Shown in pieces: positions 50,891-58,869 of a stretch of 64,000 nucleotides of DNA. Below the pieces are notes generated by a model, which saw only the letters and a program-made list of their open reading frames with translations, was not told where the DNA came from and made no database searches. Within the stretch, counting starts at the first letter, position 1. Each line of letters opens with the position of its first letter. The position numbers were made by a program, and so were the translations under genes. The stretch is taken from the NCBI GenBank assembly GCA_963740085.1, contig CAVUCU010000005.1, positions 1-64,000 of the forward strand, written 5' to 3'. This stretch comes from Nitrospirota bacterium. Lineage in GTDB: Bacteria > Nitrospirota > UBA9217.

Positions 50891-51247
50891 ACCCTTCTCC
50901 CTTGCTGGTTTGGATTATGTATGGATCCTTGTTGATCTCATCCTTGGTCGAATCCGGAAACATTAAACTGCTGGCCCCGGATCAAGAAGCCGTATGTCTC
51001 GTGTGTCACTCTCTCAGTATCCCCAGTAAGGACCGGTGCCGAGGCTGGAGAGGAGTAATTCCCGTTATCAATCTTGCAAAAGACGACCACCTTATTGCAG
51101 ACGAATCAGTCTTTTACCTGAGCAGGGATTTGTTTTGGCCGGGCCTGTTGTAGCAGGCCAGCTCCCGTCGCTCAATACCGAGAAACGATGGTCGGGGGAG
51201 GAGAAAAAGCATCGGGCTCATCGATCTTGTGTCAGTCCAATGAGTCG

Positions 51248-51823
51248 TTACACCGGCGCCGGCCTGCTGATCAGCGACAGAAACTCCTGCCTTGTCGCGG
51301 GGTTCGTCCGGAAGACCCCGAGCAGCGCCGAGGTGACGAACATGGAGTTCTGTTTCTGCACGCCCCGCATCATCATGCAGAGGTGGCGCGCTTCGATCGT
51401 CACGCCAACGCCGTCGGCGTTGATCGAATCCTTGACCGCGTAGGCGATCTGCTCAGTCAGCCTTTCCTGGATCTGGAGCCTTCTCGCGAACAGGTCGACG
51501 AGCCGGGCAAGCTTGCTGATGCCGAAGATGCGTCCTCTCGGGATGTACCCGATATGACAGCGGCCGTAGAACGGCAGGAGATGATGTTCGCACAGGCTGT
51601 AAAGCTCGATGTCCTTGACCACGACCATGCTGGTCGTTTCCTGCGCGAAGCAGGCTTTGTTGATCAGTGTCTGCATGTCGGTTTTGTAGCCGGACGTCAG
51701 GAACGCAAGCGACGCGGCAACGCGTTTCGGCGTGTTCGCGAGCCCTTCCCGCTCCGGATCCTCACCGATCTCGACCAGCAACTCTCTTACCAGCTTTTCG
51801 ATCCGCTCACTGTTCCCGTTCAT
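51248..51823 (-). CDS. folE: GTP cyclohydrolase I
   Basis: [37 protein letters not shown] and HLCMMMRGV. Confidence 0.97.
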   Translation of the reverse strand: MNGNSERIEKLVRELLVEIGEDPEREGLANTPKRVAASLAFLTSGYKTDMQTLINKACFAQETTSMVVVKDIELYSLCEHHLLPFYGRCHIGYIPRGRIFGISKLARLVDLFARRLQIQERLTEQIAYAVKDSINADGVGVTIEARHLCMMMRGVQKQNSMFVTSALLGVFRTNPATRQEFLSLISRPAPV

Positions 51824-52334
51824 GGAGGATTTCCTTTCGTATGCGTTCCGTGTAGTTCTCGAGCGGCGTCATGCCCGTTCGCGGCTGCGCCAAAACCGCC
51901 GCGCTGATGTCCAAACCCGACCCCGGCAGGACCAGTCCGGGCGCCAGCTCCTGGAGAGGGATCGCGAGGAACGGATGGCGCAGGATATCGGGGTCCGGAA
52001 GCGTGAGGTCCTCCGTTGTCATCACGAGATCATCGTAGATGACCAGGTCGAGGTCGATGGTGCGCGCAGCGAATCTGTCCGTGCCCCGCGTCCTGCCGAG
52101 TTCGCTCTCGATGCGACGCAGCAGCTGGAACTTCAGGTCCCGGGGCGCAAGGTCCGTTTCGATCTCAACGACGCAGTTGTAATACGACGGCTGGCCCTCG
52201 CGTCCGACGGGTTCCGTACGGTAGACCGTGGAGATCGCCTTGACCCGCGCCGTTTCCGTCAGCCGGAGGATGGCGCTCCGCACATTGATCTCCGGGGCTA
52301 TGTTCGATCCGATGCCTACGAAGGCCCGCGTCAT
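51807..52334 (-). CDS. folK: 6-hydroxymethyl-7,8-dihydropterin pyrophosphokinase
   Basis: GIGSNI, YRTEPVG, IESELGR and RTIDLDL. Confidence 0.92.
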   Translation of the reverse strand: MTRAFVGIGSNIAPEINVRSAILRLTETARVKAISTVYRTEPVGREGQPSYYNCVVEIETDLAPRDLKFQLLRRIESELGRTRGTDRFAARTIDLDLVIYDDLVMTTEDLTLPDPDILRHPFLAIPLQELAPGLVLPGSGLDISAAVLAQPRTGMTPLENYTERIRKEILHEREQ

Positions 52335-52693
52335 GACCGGTCTGTTCGCTGCCGGACGATCTCTATCCCGACGCTCCTGGCGAACCTGAGCGCACCGGGT
52401 TTTTCGACCCTTACCGTCGCTTCTTTTACCGACGGATTCCCAAGGCAGATATCGGCCACAGCCTGCGCCAGGGACTCAACGAGCTGGAACTGCGAGCTTT
52501 CCGCCATGCTCAGGATCTGCTTGTTCAGGGCCCGGTAGTCAACGGAATCTTCGAGCCGGTCGCTCCTGCCGGCCTTTCGAAGATCCACCGAGAGCGCCAG
52601 GTTGATCAGCACGTCCTGCTTGTCTCGCCGTTCCTCGTCGCGAACACCGATGATGCATCGTACGAGAAGATCACTGATCAGAATGCGGTCCAT
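52331..52693 (-). CDS. Dihydroneopterin aldolase/epimerase (FolB/FolX family)
   Basis: IIGV..EER..Q, VDY, LVESLA and EKPGALRFA.SV. Confidence 0.88.
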   Translation of the reverse strand: MDRILISDLLVRCIIGVRDEERRDKQDVLINLALSVDLRKAGRSDRLEDSVDYRALNKQILSMAESSQFQLVESLAQAVADICLGNPSVKEATVRVEKPGALRFARSVGIEIVRQRTDRS

Positions 52694-53459
52694 GCTCCTC
52701 CTCCCCGAGGTGCCTGCCTCCGTCCACATAGAGGATCTGGCCGGTCACATAATCGCTTTTGAGCAGGTAAAGGACCGCGGCCGCGATGTCCCGCGGCCCC
52801 CCGTGTTTCTTGAGGGGGACGCTCTTCGCCAGCCCGTCAAGATATTCCTCATCCTTTCCCTGGGGCGGGAGGATGAGGCCGGGCGCGACCCCGTTCACCG
52901 TGAATCCGGGTGCGAACTCCAGCGCACACATCGTCGTAAGCGTCGAGAGCATCTTTTTGCTCAGGACATACGCCATGTGGGCCCGGTCGTAGCCAATGAT
53001 GCGCGTGTCGAGCAGGTTGACGATCTTGCCGCGGTCCGCAAGCCTCGCGAACTCGCGGGAAAGGACGAATGGCGCCCATGCGTTCACGTGCAGGTGCCGC
53101 GTCACATCACCGAAGCCGACATCCATGGGTGTGTTCGGGAGAAAGATGGATGCGTTATTGATGAGGAAATCGAGGGAGCCCGCCGCCTTGAACGACTGCG
53201 CGACCAGGGATTCGTACTCTTCGGGCTTTTCCAGGTCAGCGAGGACTTGCCAGGATTTCACGCCGCAATCCACCACCTCGCTGCATACTTTCGCGGCTTC
53301 TCTTTCCAGGGCACGGCGGTCATGCACAACGACATGCACGCCCGCTTCGGCAAGCTCGATGGCGATGGCCCGGCCTATCCTTTTGCCCGCGCCGGTGACC
53401 AGGGCGATCTTTCCCGGCAGGTCATCAGAAACACCGCGCTCAGGCACGTGACTTGTCAT
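52671..53459 (-). CDS. Pteridine reductase-like SDR (FolM/PTR1 type)
   Basis: TGAGKRIG (Arg in the cofactor motif), NNASIF, YVLSK and VNGVAPG; lies within a pterin operon. Confidence 0.85.
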   Translation of the reverse strand: MTSHVPERGVSDDLPGKIALVTGAGKRIGRAIAIELAEAGVHVVVHDRRALEREAAKVCSEVVDCGVKSWQVLADLEKPEEYESLVAQSFKAAGSLDFLINNASIFLPNTPMDVGFGDVTRHLHVNAWAPFVLSREFARLADRGKIVNLLDTRIIGYDRAHMAYVLSKKMLSTLTTMCALEFAPGFTVNGVAPGLILPPQGKDEEYLDGLAKSVPLKKHGGPRDIAAAVLYLLKSDYVTGQILYVDGGRHLGEEEHGPHSDQ

Positions 53460-53800
53460 GCGGCTCGCCCGATCCGCTGTTGCTCCGCCCGATCGATCTT
53501 TGCCGCCACGATAAAGTCGTTCAGCGACAGGCCGTTGATCTTGTGCGTTGACAGGGTCAATTTTACCTTGTTGTACGAGATGAACAGGTCAGGATGATGG
53601 TCCTGCTCGTTCGCGATCGCAGCGACGCTGTTCACAAATTCCATGGCCTGTTTAAAATCCTTGAAACGCAGCTCTTTTTCGATCGTGCCTTCTCCCATTG
53701 ACCACTGAGGGATCTCGTGAAGGAGCTCCTCCGCCTCATGTCGCGGCAGCGGACTTGTCCCTTTCAATATGGGTTTTGCCGTTTGTTCCACCAGCTTCAT
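53456..53800 (-). CDS. Pterin-4a-carbinolamine dehydratase (PhhB/PCD)
   Basis: FKDF..AMEFVN, DHHPD and LSTHKINGLS.ND. Confidence 0.92.
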   Translation of the reverse strand: MKLVEQTAKPILKGTSPLPRHEAEELLHEIPQWSMGEGTIEKELRFKDFKQAMEFVNSVAAIANEQDHHPDLFISYNKVKLTLSTHKINGLSLNDFIVAAKIDRAEQQRIGRAA

Positions 53801-53818
53801 AGCGACTCCTCATCCCCT

Positions 53819-55024
53819 TTACCGGATCATTCCCCGCAGACTCTCTTTTGTCACAAGCGCCCCGGCCCGGATCACGGTACGCGCGATCTCCACCTTCTCC
53901 CATACATTACACATCATCATGCCGCGGACCTTTCCGTCCTTGAGGTAATAGATCACGCCCGTATCGTTCTCCTTTTGCCAGTCGGCAAAGGTCTCAAGCT
54001 GCGCGTCCACCTCTCCTACCGCCTCGTACCCGAATTCGAAGAGGTCGGAGAAAAAGTAGGGCATATAGTCGTACGGCTTGTGCGCGCCGGCCATGTTCAG
54101 GCCCGCCCACTTGCCCTGGTTCAGGGCATTGTCCCAGTGCTCGACGCGCGTTTGCTTCCCGAGGACCTTGTAGGGGAATAACGCGATGTCGCCCGCGGCA
54201 TAGATGTCGGGAAGCGACGCCTGAAGATACTCGTCGACGATGACCCCGTTGGCTGTCTGCAGGCCCGCGCGCCGGGGAAGATCGAGCGAAGGCGCGACGC
54301 CGATGCCCACGATCACCATATCGGATTCAATTTTTTTCCCGCTCGCGGTGTGAGTGATGAACCGGCTTCCCTGCCTGGAAAAAGCGGAAGGTTTCTCATT
54401 GGTCAGGACCTTTATCCCGCGCGAAAGGAACTGGTCCAGGAGCGCCCTCCCCAGGTATTCAGGAAAGACCCTGTTCACGAGGTAGCTGTCGGGAAAGATC
54501 ATGGTAACGTCGATCTTATTCATGGCCAAGGCCGCCGCGATCTCGGAGCCGATGAACCCACCGCCGATGACGACCGCCTCTTTCCCCTCAGTGGAATCTC
54601 TCCGTACCTTCAGGTAATCGTCCACTGTACGGAAGTAACAGATCCCGTCGAGATCCCCGCCGGGAATGGGCAGTGTGCGCGGCACACCCCCTGTAGCGAG
54701 CAGAAGCTTCTGAAACCGGAATTCCCTGCCAATGCTGGTCGTGACCTTCTTCCGTTTCGGGTCAAGCGCAGTGACCATGGCCCCCTGTACCAGCATTACT
54801 CCATTTTGATCATAGAAATTCTGATCATGGAGAAAAATGTCCTCAACCTTCTTTTTGCCGAACCAGAGTTTTTTCGTGAGCGGTGGACGATCATAGGGAA
54901 GGTGCCTTTCGGCGCCGATGAGCAGAATGGCCCCCTCTGTATCGTGCTCACGGATCCCTTCCACGGCGGACGCTCCCGCAAGCCCTCCGCCGACGATGAT
55001 GTATTCGTACGACTGGTCTCCCAT
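53819..55024 (-). CDS. FAD/NAD(P)-dependent oxidoreductase (ferredoxin reductase/AIF-like)
   Basis: GGGLAG, PYDRPPL, LATGG, GGGFIG, YAAGDIA, RVEHWDNA and PYFFSDLF. Confidence 0.92.
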   Translation of the reverse strand: MGDQSYEYIIVGGGLAGASAVEGIREHDTEGAILLIGAERHLPYDRPPLTKKLWFGKKKVEDIFLHDQNFYDQNGVMLVQGAMVTALDPKRKKVTTSIGREFRFQKLLLATGGVPRTLPIPGGDLDGICYFRTVDDYLKVRRDSTEGKEAVVIGGGFIGSEIAAALAMNKIDVTMIFPDSYLVNRVFPEYLGRALLDQFLSRGIKVLTNEKPSAFSRQGSRFITHTASGKKIESDMVIVGIGVAPSLDLPRRAGLQTANGVIVDEYLQASLPDIYAAGDIALFPYKVLGKQTRVEHWDNALNQGKWAGLNMAGAHKPYDYMPYFFSDLFEFGYEAVGEVDAQLETFADWQKENDTGVIYYLKDGKVRGMMMCNVWEKVEIARTVIRAGALVTKESLRGMIR

Positions 55025-55157
55025 TTTAAAACCTCCTCACGAGAACCTGCGGCTCACCGACGCCGGCTTGCAGCATGTTCAAAAGAACGATGCCTCGTTT
55101 TAAGTATAGCACAGGCCGATGGCTCTGTTGAATCTCGGAAATGAAAGCGAGCCGAAG

Positions 55158-55192
55158 AAAAAACGCCCTCCCCTTGTCGGGGAAAGCGTTTT
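55158..55192 (-). terminator. Probable Rho-independent terminator of the MalT-like gene
   Basis: AAAACGC..TCCCC-ttgtc-GGGGA..GCGTTTT hairpin with a U-tract on the minus strand. Confidence 0.55.
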
Positions 55193-55239
55193 GCGTGAAT
55201 TTCAATCAGGGTTTTAAAGTGACTTGTGGTAGATATCCC

Positions 55240-58200
55240 TTATCCTCCGATGATCCTCCGATACAGCTTTTTCGTCTGCTCCTCCGGTTCAAGATCAACG
55301 TCCCTGCTCAGGGCGCGTTCGCATCGTTCATAGGTCCGGATCGCCTCGCCGCGCCGGGCGTCCGAATGGTAACGGGTCATGAGCCAGCAGCACGCCTTCT
55401 CGTTGCAGGGGTCCGCGGAGAACATCCTCTCGTAGAACCGGAGCGTCCTGTCCCGGTCGCCGGAAGACTCTGCGATCACGGCCGCGTCCTCGAGCGCCCG
55501 CAGGTACCGGATGCGCAGGCGGTCCCGCATCGGCGCGGCCCAGTCGCTGTAAAGGTCTTCTGGCAAAAAGTCTCCTTCATAAAGATCGAATGCCTTCTCG
55601 TATTCTCCCGCAATATCTTCAGATTTCTGACTTGACCTCATGCGGTCTGTTGTGTCCAGATGGTAAAGCAACTGTCCGACATCGGTCCGAACCAGGTCCT
55701 TGTTCAACATGAGGACGCCGTCATTGTAAAGAATACAGGAAGCGGATTTACCCGGAACGTTCTTTGGCTCCAGCACCTTCCGCGCCCGGTGGAGCATGCT
55801 GTTGAATGCCGGTCCGAGCGTGTCGGGATCCGTGTTCGGCCAGAGCGCCTCCAGGGCACTGTCGCGCGACACGGCATATCCGTCCTGGGCAGCGAGCAGC
55901 TTGACGAATTGTTTTGCCCTCCTGCTTTTCCACTCGGAATCCCGCACCGGGACCTTTCCCCGCATCGCCCTGAAGCCCCCGAGACAGTTAATTTCGAGGA
56001 ACGGCGTTGTGCTCGAACGGGTCTGGTTATCGATCAGCCGGGAACAATAGTCAAGGCAGATGCCGTGCGCGAGCGCGGCATTCGCCAACTCAGCCAGTTC
56101 CACGGCATTGAACAGGGCATAGTAGGTGAACCCCCGCTCCCGGCCGATTGAAAATCCTTCACGCAGGTGCTTGCGCGCGGAATCCGTTTTCTTCATGATC
56201 CCATAGAGCCGCGCCAGCACGAGATGCGCATTCGCCTCTTGTTGCGCGGCCTTGATCTGCTGAAGCATCTTGACGGCAGTGAGCAGCTCCTTTTGTGCCT
56301 GAAGATATTTTTTAAGCTTCACGTGGATCGCGCCGCTCGCGATAAGGTAGATCGCGTGGAACAGCTTGCTTCCTGATTGCGTCCGTATTGCCAGGGCATA
56401 GTCCGATTCTTTCTTTGCCTGGTCAAGCCTGCCCTGGAACAGATAGGCGATCGCGAGCAGATGGGCAGCGGACGCGCTGAAAAAGGCGTTTTGTGATTCT
56501 TCGCCTTTGCGTTTGCACTCCGTGAGCAGGAGCACGGCGCCCGGGTAATCTCCCTGGGCGATCTTGAGCCATCCGCCGATGTCAAGGGAGAGGAAAATCA
56601 TCGACTCGAGTGCGTGGCTGTCCGCAAGGTCCCTGCACTGGTCAAGTCGTTTCTGAGCTTCGGCAAAGTCCCCTGCGAACAGAGAGGTCATGGCCGCAAC
56701 CAGGAGGAGCGCCGCATGGCCTCCGGCCTCATCGGGGATGGAGGCGTTCGCCTCGAGGCCTTTGGCGACCGTCTCCCTGGCAAGGAGGAAATCTCCCTGG
56801 TAAAGCGCGCAGGGCGTTAAGTAAATGGCGGTGGTGATGTGATAAAAATGGTCGCCCTGCTTCCGGAACAGTGCGAGTGCTTGCCTGAGCGCGTCCGAGG
56901 CCTGCTGAAGCCTGCCGATGAAGAACCACGCCATGCCCATGGCAAGGAGCAGCCTCGCCCGCGCCCCGGGGGAAGCTCGTCGGTTCTGTTTGAGGAGGGC
57001 CTGGGCCAGCGCCGCGTCGCGCCCCATGCGCGTGAAGTCGCCGCCCGTGTGGAAGCATGCCTCGATAATGCCGCACAGGGAATACATCAGTCCCGAGGTC
57101 CGGTTGAAGGAGGTCTTGCCGGCCCGGAAGCCCTTGAACGCGAGATCAAAGAACGTGAGGGCCGTTCGGGAATCCGTGAACCGGCATGCCACGGCACGGG
57201 TGAACAGGAACCACGGCCGGTTCCCGTATTCGAGCGGAAGCGTCTCGATCCACCGGATGAGCGTCCCCGTCTGGCCGCGAGCGATCATCTCCTCGCCGCA
57301 GACCTCTATCTGTTTGATGGCCTGATCGAATTGTCCCGAGGAAAGCGAAAGATCGATGCTCCGTACCAGGTCTCCGCTATTTCTGAAGAAGGCCGCCGCA
57401 CGGGAGTACAGTCTTTTCACCTCCGCAGGCCTGGTCTGGGCGATCAGTTTTTTTCGGAGAAACTCGCGGAAGAGCGCGTGGTAGCGGATCACGAGGGTAT
57501 CATCATCCAGTGCCGTGACGAACAGGTTCCTGTCCCGAAGGTCCTTTACCATCGCTGCAATGGACATCCTGCCCGATGACGCCGTGCGCGGCAGGCCGGT
57601 CAGCAGTTGGATGAGTGGAACGGGAATAAAGTCGACGATCGAGGTCTGGAGCAGGAACCGCTGCATTGCCTGCGGAAGGTGCGCAAAAACTTCCTGCGCG
57701 AGGTAGTCGAAGACGTGGGTCCGGAACCCCGCTGCGCGCCGGTCGATGAGCGCCAGTGCCCGCGCCCCCGGTGCGAGGGTGGAAAGATATTCGTGCATCA
57801 GCACGAGACCGGCCGGCCAGCCTTCCGCCGTGCCGTTGATAAGCGCCGCCTCGTTCGGGGAGATATGCATGCTGAAGACGATGCTGAACAGGTCCTGGAC
57901 CTCGCTGTCGGTGAATTTGAGGTCATCGCCGCTCAGCTCTCCCACGGACTGCGTTGCGCGAAGCTTCGCGATGTCCAGTTCCGGCCGCACCCGGGAAATG
58001 ATCATGAACCGGACGTGGGGCGGCGTGCGGTCGATCAACTGTTTTATGAGGTGCTGGAGAACGGGCGAGGTGGCGGTGTAATCGTCGAATACGAGCAGGC
58101 CGGGATCCGGGATGTTCCCGAACACCTGTTCGATCCAGGTGCCGATGTCCTGGCGGATTCCGTTGATGCCGTAGCGGTTCAGCGGTATGGCCGGGACCGC

Positions 58201-58476
58201 GGGAACCTTCCCGGGCCAGGCGCGCTGGATCGCCATGCCCAGCGCTGACAGGAAGACCGCGGGGTTGTCGTCCTCCTGGTCCATGGTATACCACACCGAG
58301 GGCGTAGTGAGCGACTGGACATATCCCGCCGCCAGCGTGCTCTTCCCCTGGCCTGCCTGAGCATGGATGATCACCAGCTTTTTGTCTTCCCATTCCAGGA
58401 GTTTGTTCGTGAGCCGTTCACGCTCGAGTATATGGGCGGGCTTTGGCGGGAGAAACTTGGTAAGGTTCATGCGCAT
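55240..58476 (-). CDS. MalT-like STAND ATPase/TPR regulator with C-terminal wHTH-BTAD (SARP) module
   Basis: TKFLPP, AQAGQGKST, EGWPAGL, FDYLAQEV and YHALFREFL, then LWP, YEGDFL and DLEPEEQT. Confidence 0.9.
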   Translation of the reverse strand: MRMNLTKFLPPKPAHILERERLTNKLLEWEDKKLVIIHAQAGQGKSTLAAGYVQSLTTPSVWYTMDQEDDNPAVFLSALGMAIQRAWPGKVPAVPAIPLNRYGINGIRQDIGTWIEQVFGNIPDPGLLVFDDYTATSPVLQHLIKQLIDRTPPHVRFMIISRVRPELDIAKLRATQSVGELSGDDLKFTDSEVQDLFSIVFSMHISPNEAALINGTAEGWPAGLVLMHEYLSTLAPGARALALIDRRAAGFRTHVFDYLAQEVFAHLPQAMQRFLLQTSIVDFIPVPLIQLLTGLPRTASSGRMSIAAMVKDLRDRNLFVTALDDDTLVIRYHALFREFLRKKLIAQTRPAEVKRLYSRAAAFFRNSGDLVRSIDLSLSSGQFDQAIKQIEVCGEEMIARGQTGTLIRWIETLPLEYGNRPWFLFTRAVACRFTDSRTALTFFDLAFKGFRAGKTSFNRTSGLMYSLCGIIEACFHTGGDFTRMGRDAALAQALLKQNRRASPGARARLLLAMGMAWFFIGRLQQASDALRQALALFRKQGDHFYHITTAIYLTPCALYQGDFLLARETVAKGLEANASIPDEAGGHAALLLVAAMTSLFAGDFAEAQKRLDQCRDLADSHALESMIFLSLDIGGWLKIAQGDYPGAVLLLTECKRKGEESQNAFFSASAAHLLAIAYLFQGRLDQAKKESDYALAIRTQSGSKLFHAIYLIASGAIHVKLKKYLQAQKELLTAVKMLQQIKAAQQEANAHLVLARLYGIMKKTDSARKHLREGFSIGRERGFTYYALFNAVELAELANAALAHGICLDYCSRLIDNQTRSSTTPFLEINCLGGFRAMRGKVPVRDSEWKSRRAKQFVKLLAAQDGYAVSRDSALEALWPNTDPDTLGPAFNSMLHRARKVLEPKNVPGKSASCILYNDGVLMLNKDLVRTDVGQLLYHLDTTDRMRSSQKSEDIAGEYEKAFDLYEGDFLPEDLYSDWAAPMRDRLRIRYLRALEDAAVIAESSGDRDRTLRFYERMFSADPCNEKACCWLMTRYHSDARRGEAIRTYERCERALSRDVDLEPEEQTKKLYRRIIGG

Positions 58477-58601
58477 ACCCCCTGTCAGGTTTAATGCGTA
58501 AATGAATCGTGGGAGAAAAACAGCAAAAGTATAGAGACGTTTATTAAATAAATCAACAGAAATTATTCATATATTGCTATTACGTCGGGTGGGGGCATCC
58601 C

Positions 58602-58630
58602 TTGACAATGCGCCGTGCAGCACCTACACT
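58602..58630 (+). promoter_or_regulatory. Sigma70-type promoter for the Lon-like gene
   Basis: TTGACA-17 nt-TACACT. Confidence 0.6.
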
Positions 58631-58671
58631 TTACTTACCCATAAATTTCTGTCAGAATGGGAACATAATTT

Positions 58672-58841
58672 TCCGCAGTAGCCTATGAAAGGAAAGCGGC
58701 CACTGAGGACTTCCGCAGAGGACGCGGAGAAAAGCTCAACATATCTTCTGTGCTAATACCAGGACCCCAAAGGTCTTGATTTAACTCTGCGTCCTCCGCG
58801 TGCTCTGCGAGAGACGCCCTTTTGATTCCGTCTTGTCCGGG
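58672..58841. repeat. MITE-like element, family B copy 2, also carrying the family A core
   Basis: Inverted match to 23711-23840, plus cagtagcc...ggaaagcggccact at about 58677-58704. Confidence 0.75.
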
Positions 58842-58869
58842 CTGCCGTATACGAGAGAAGGAGGAACCT

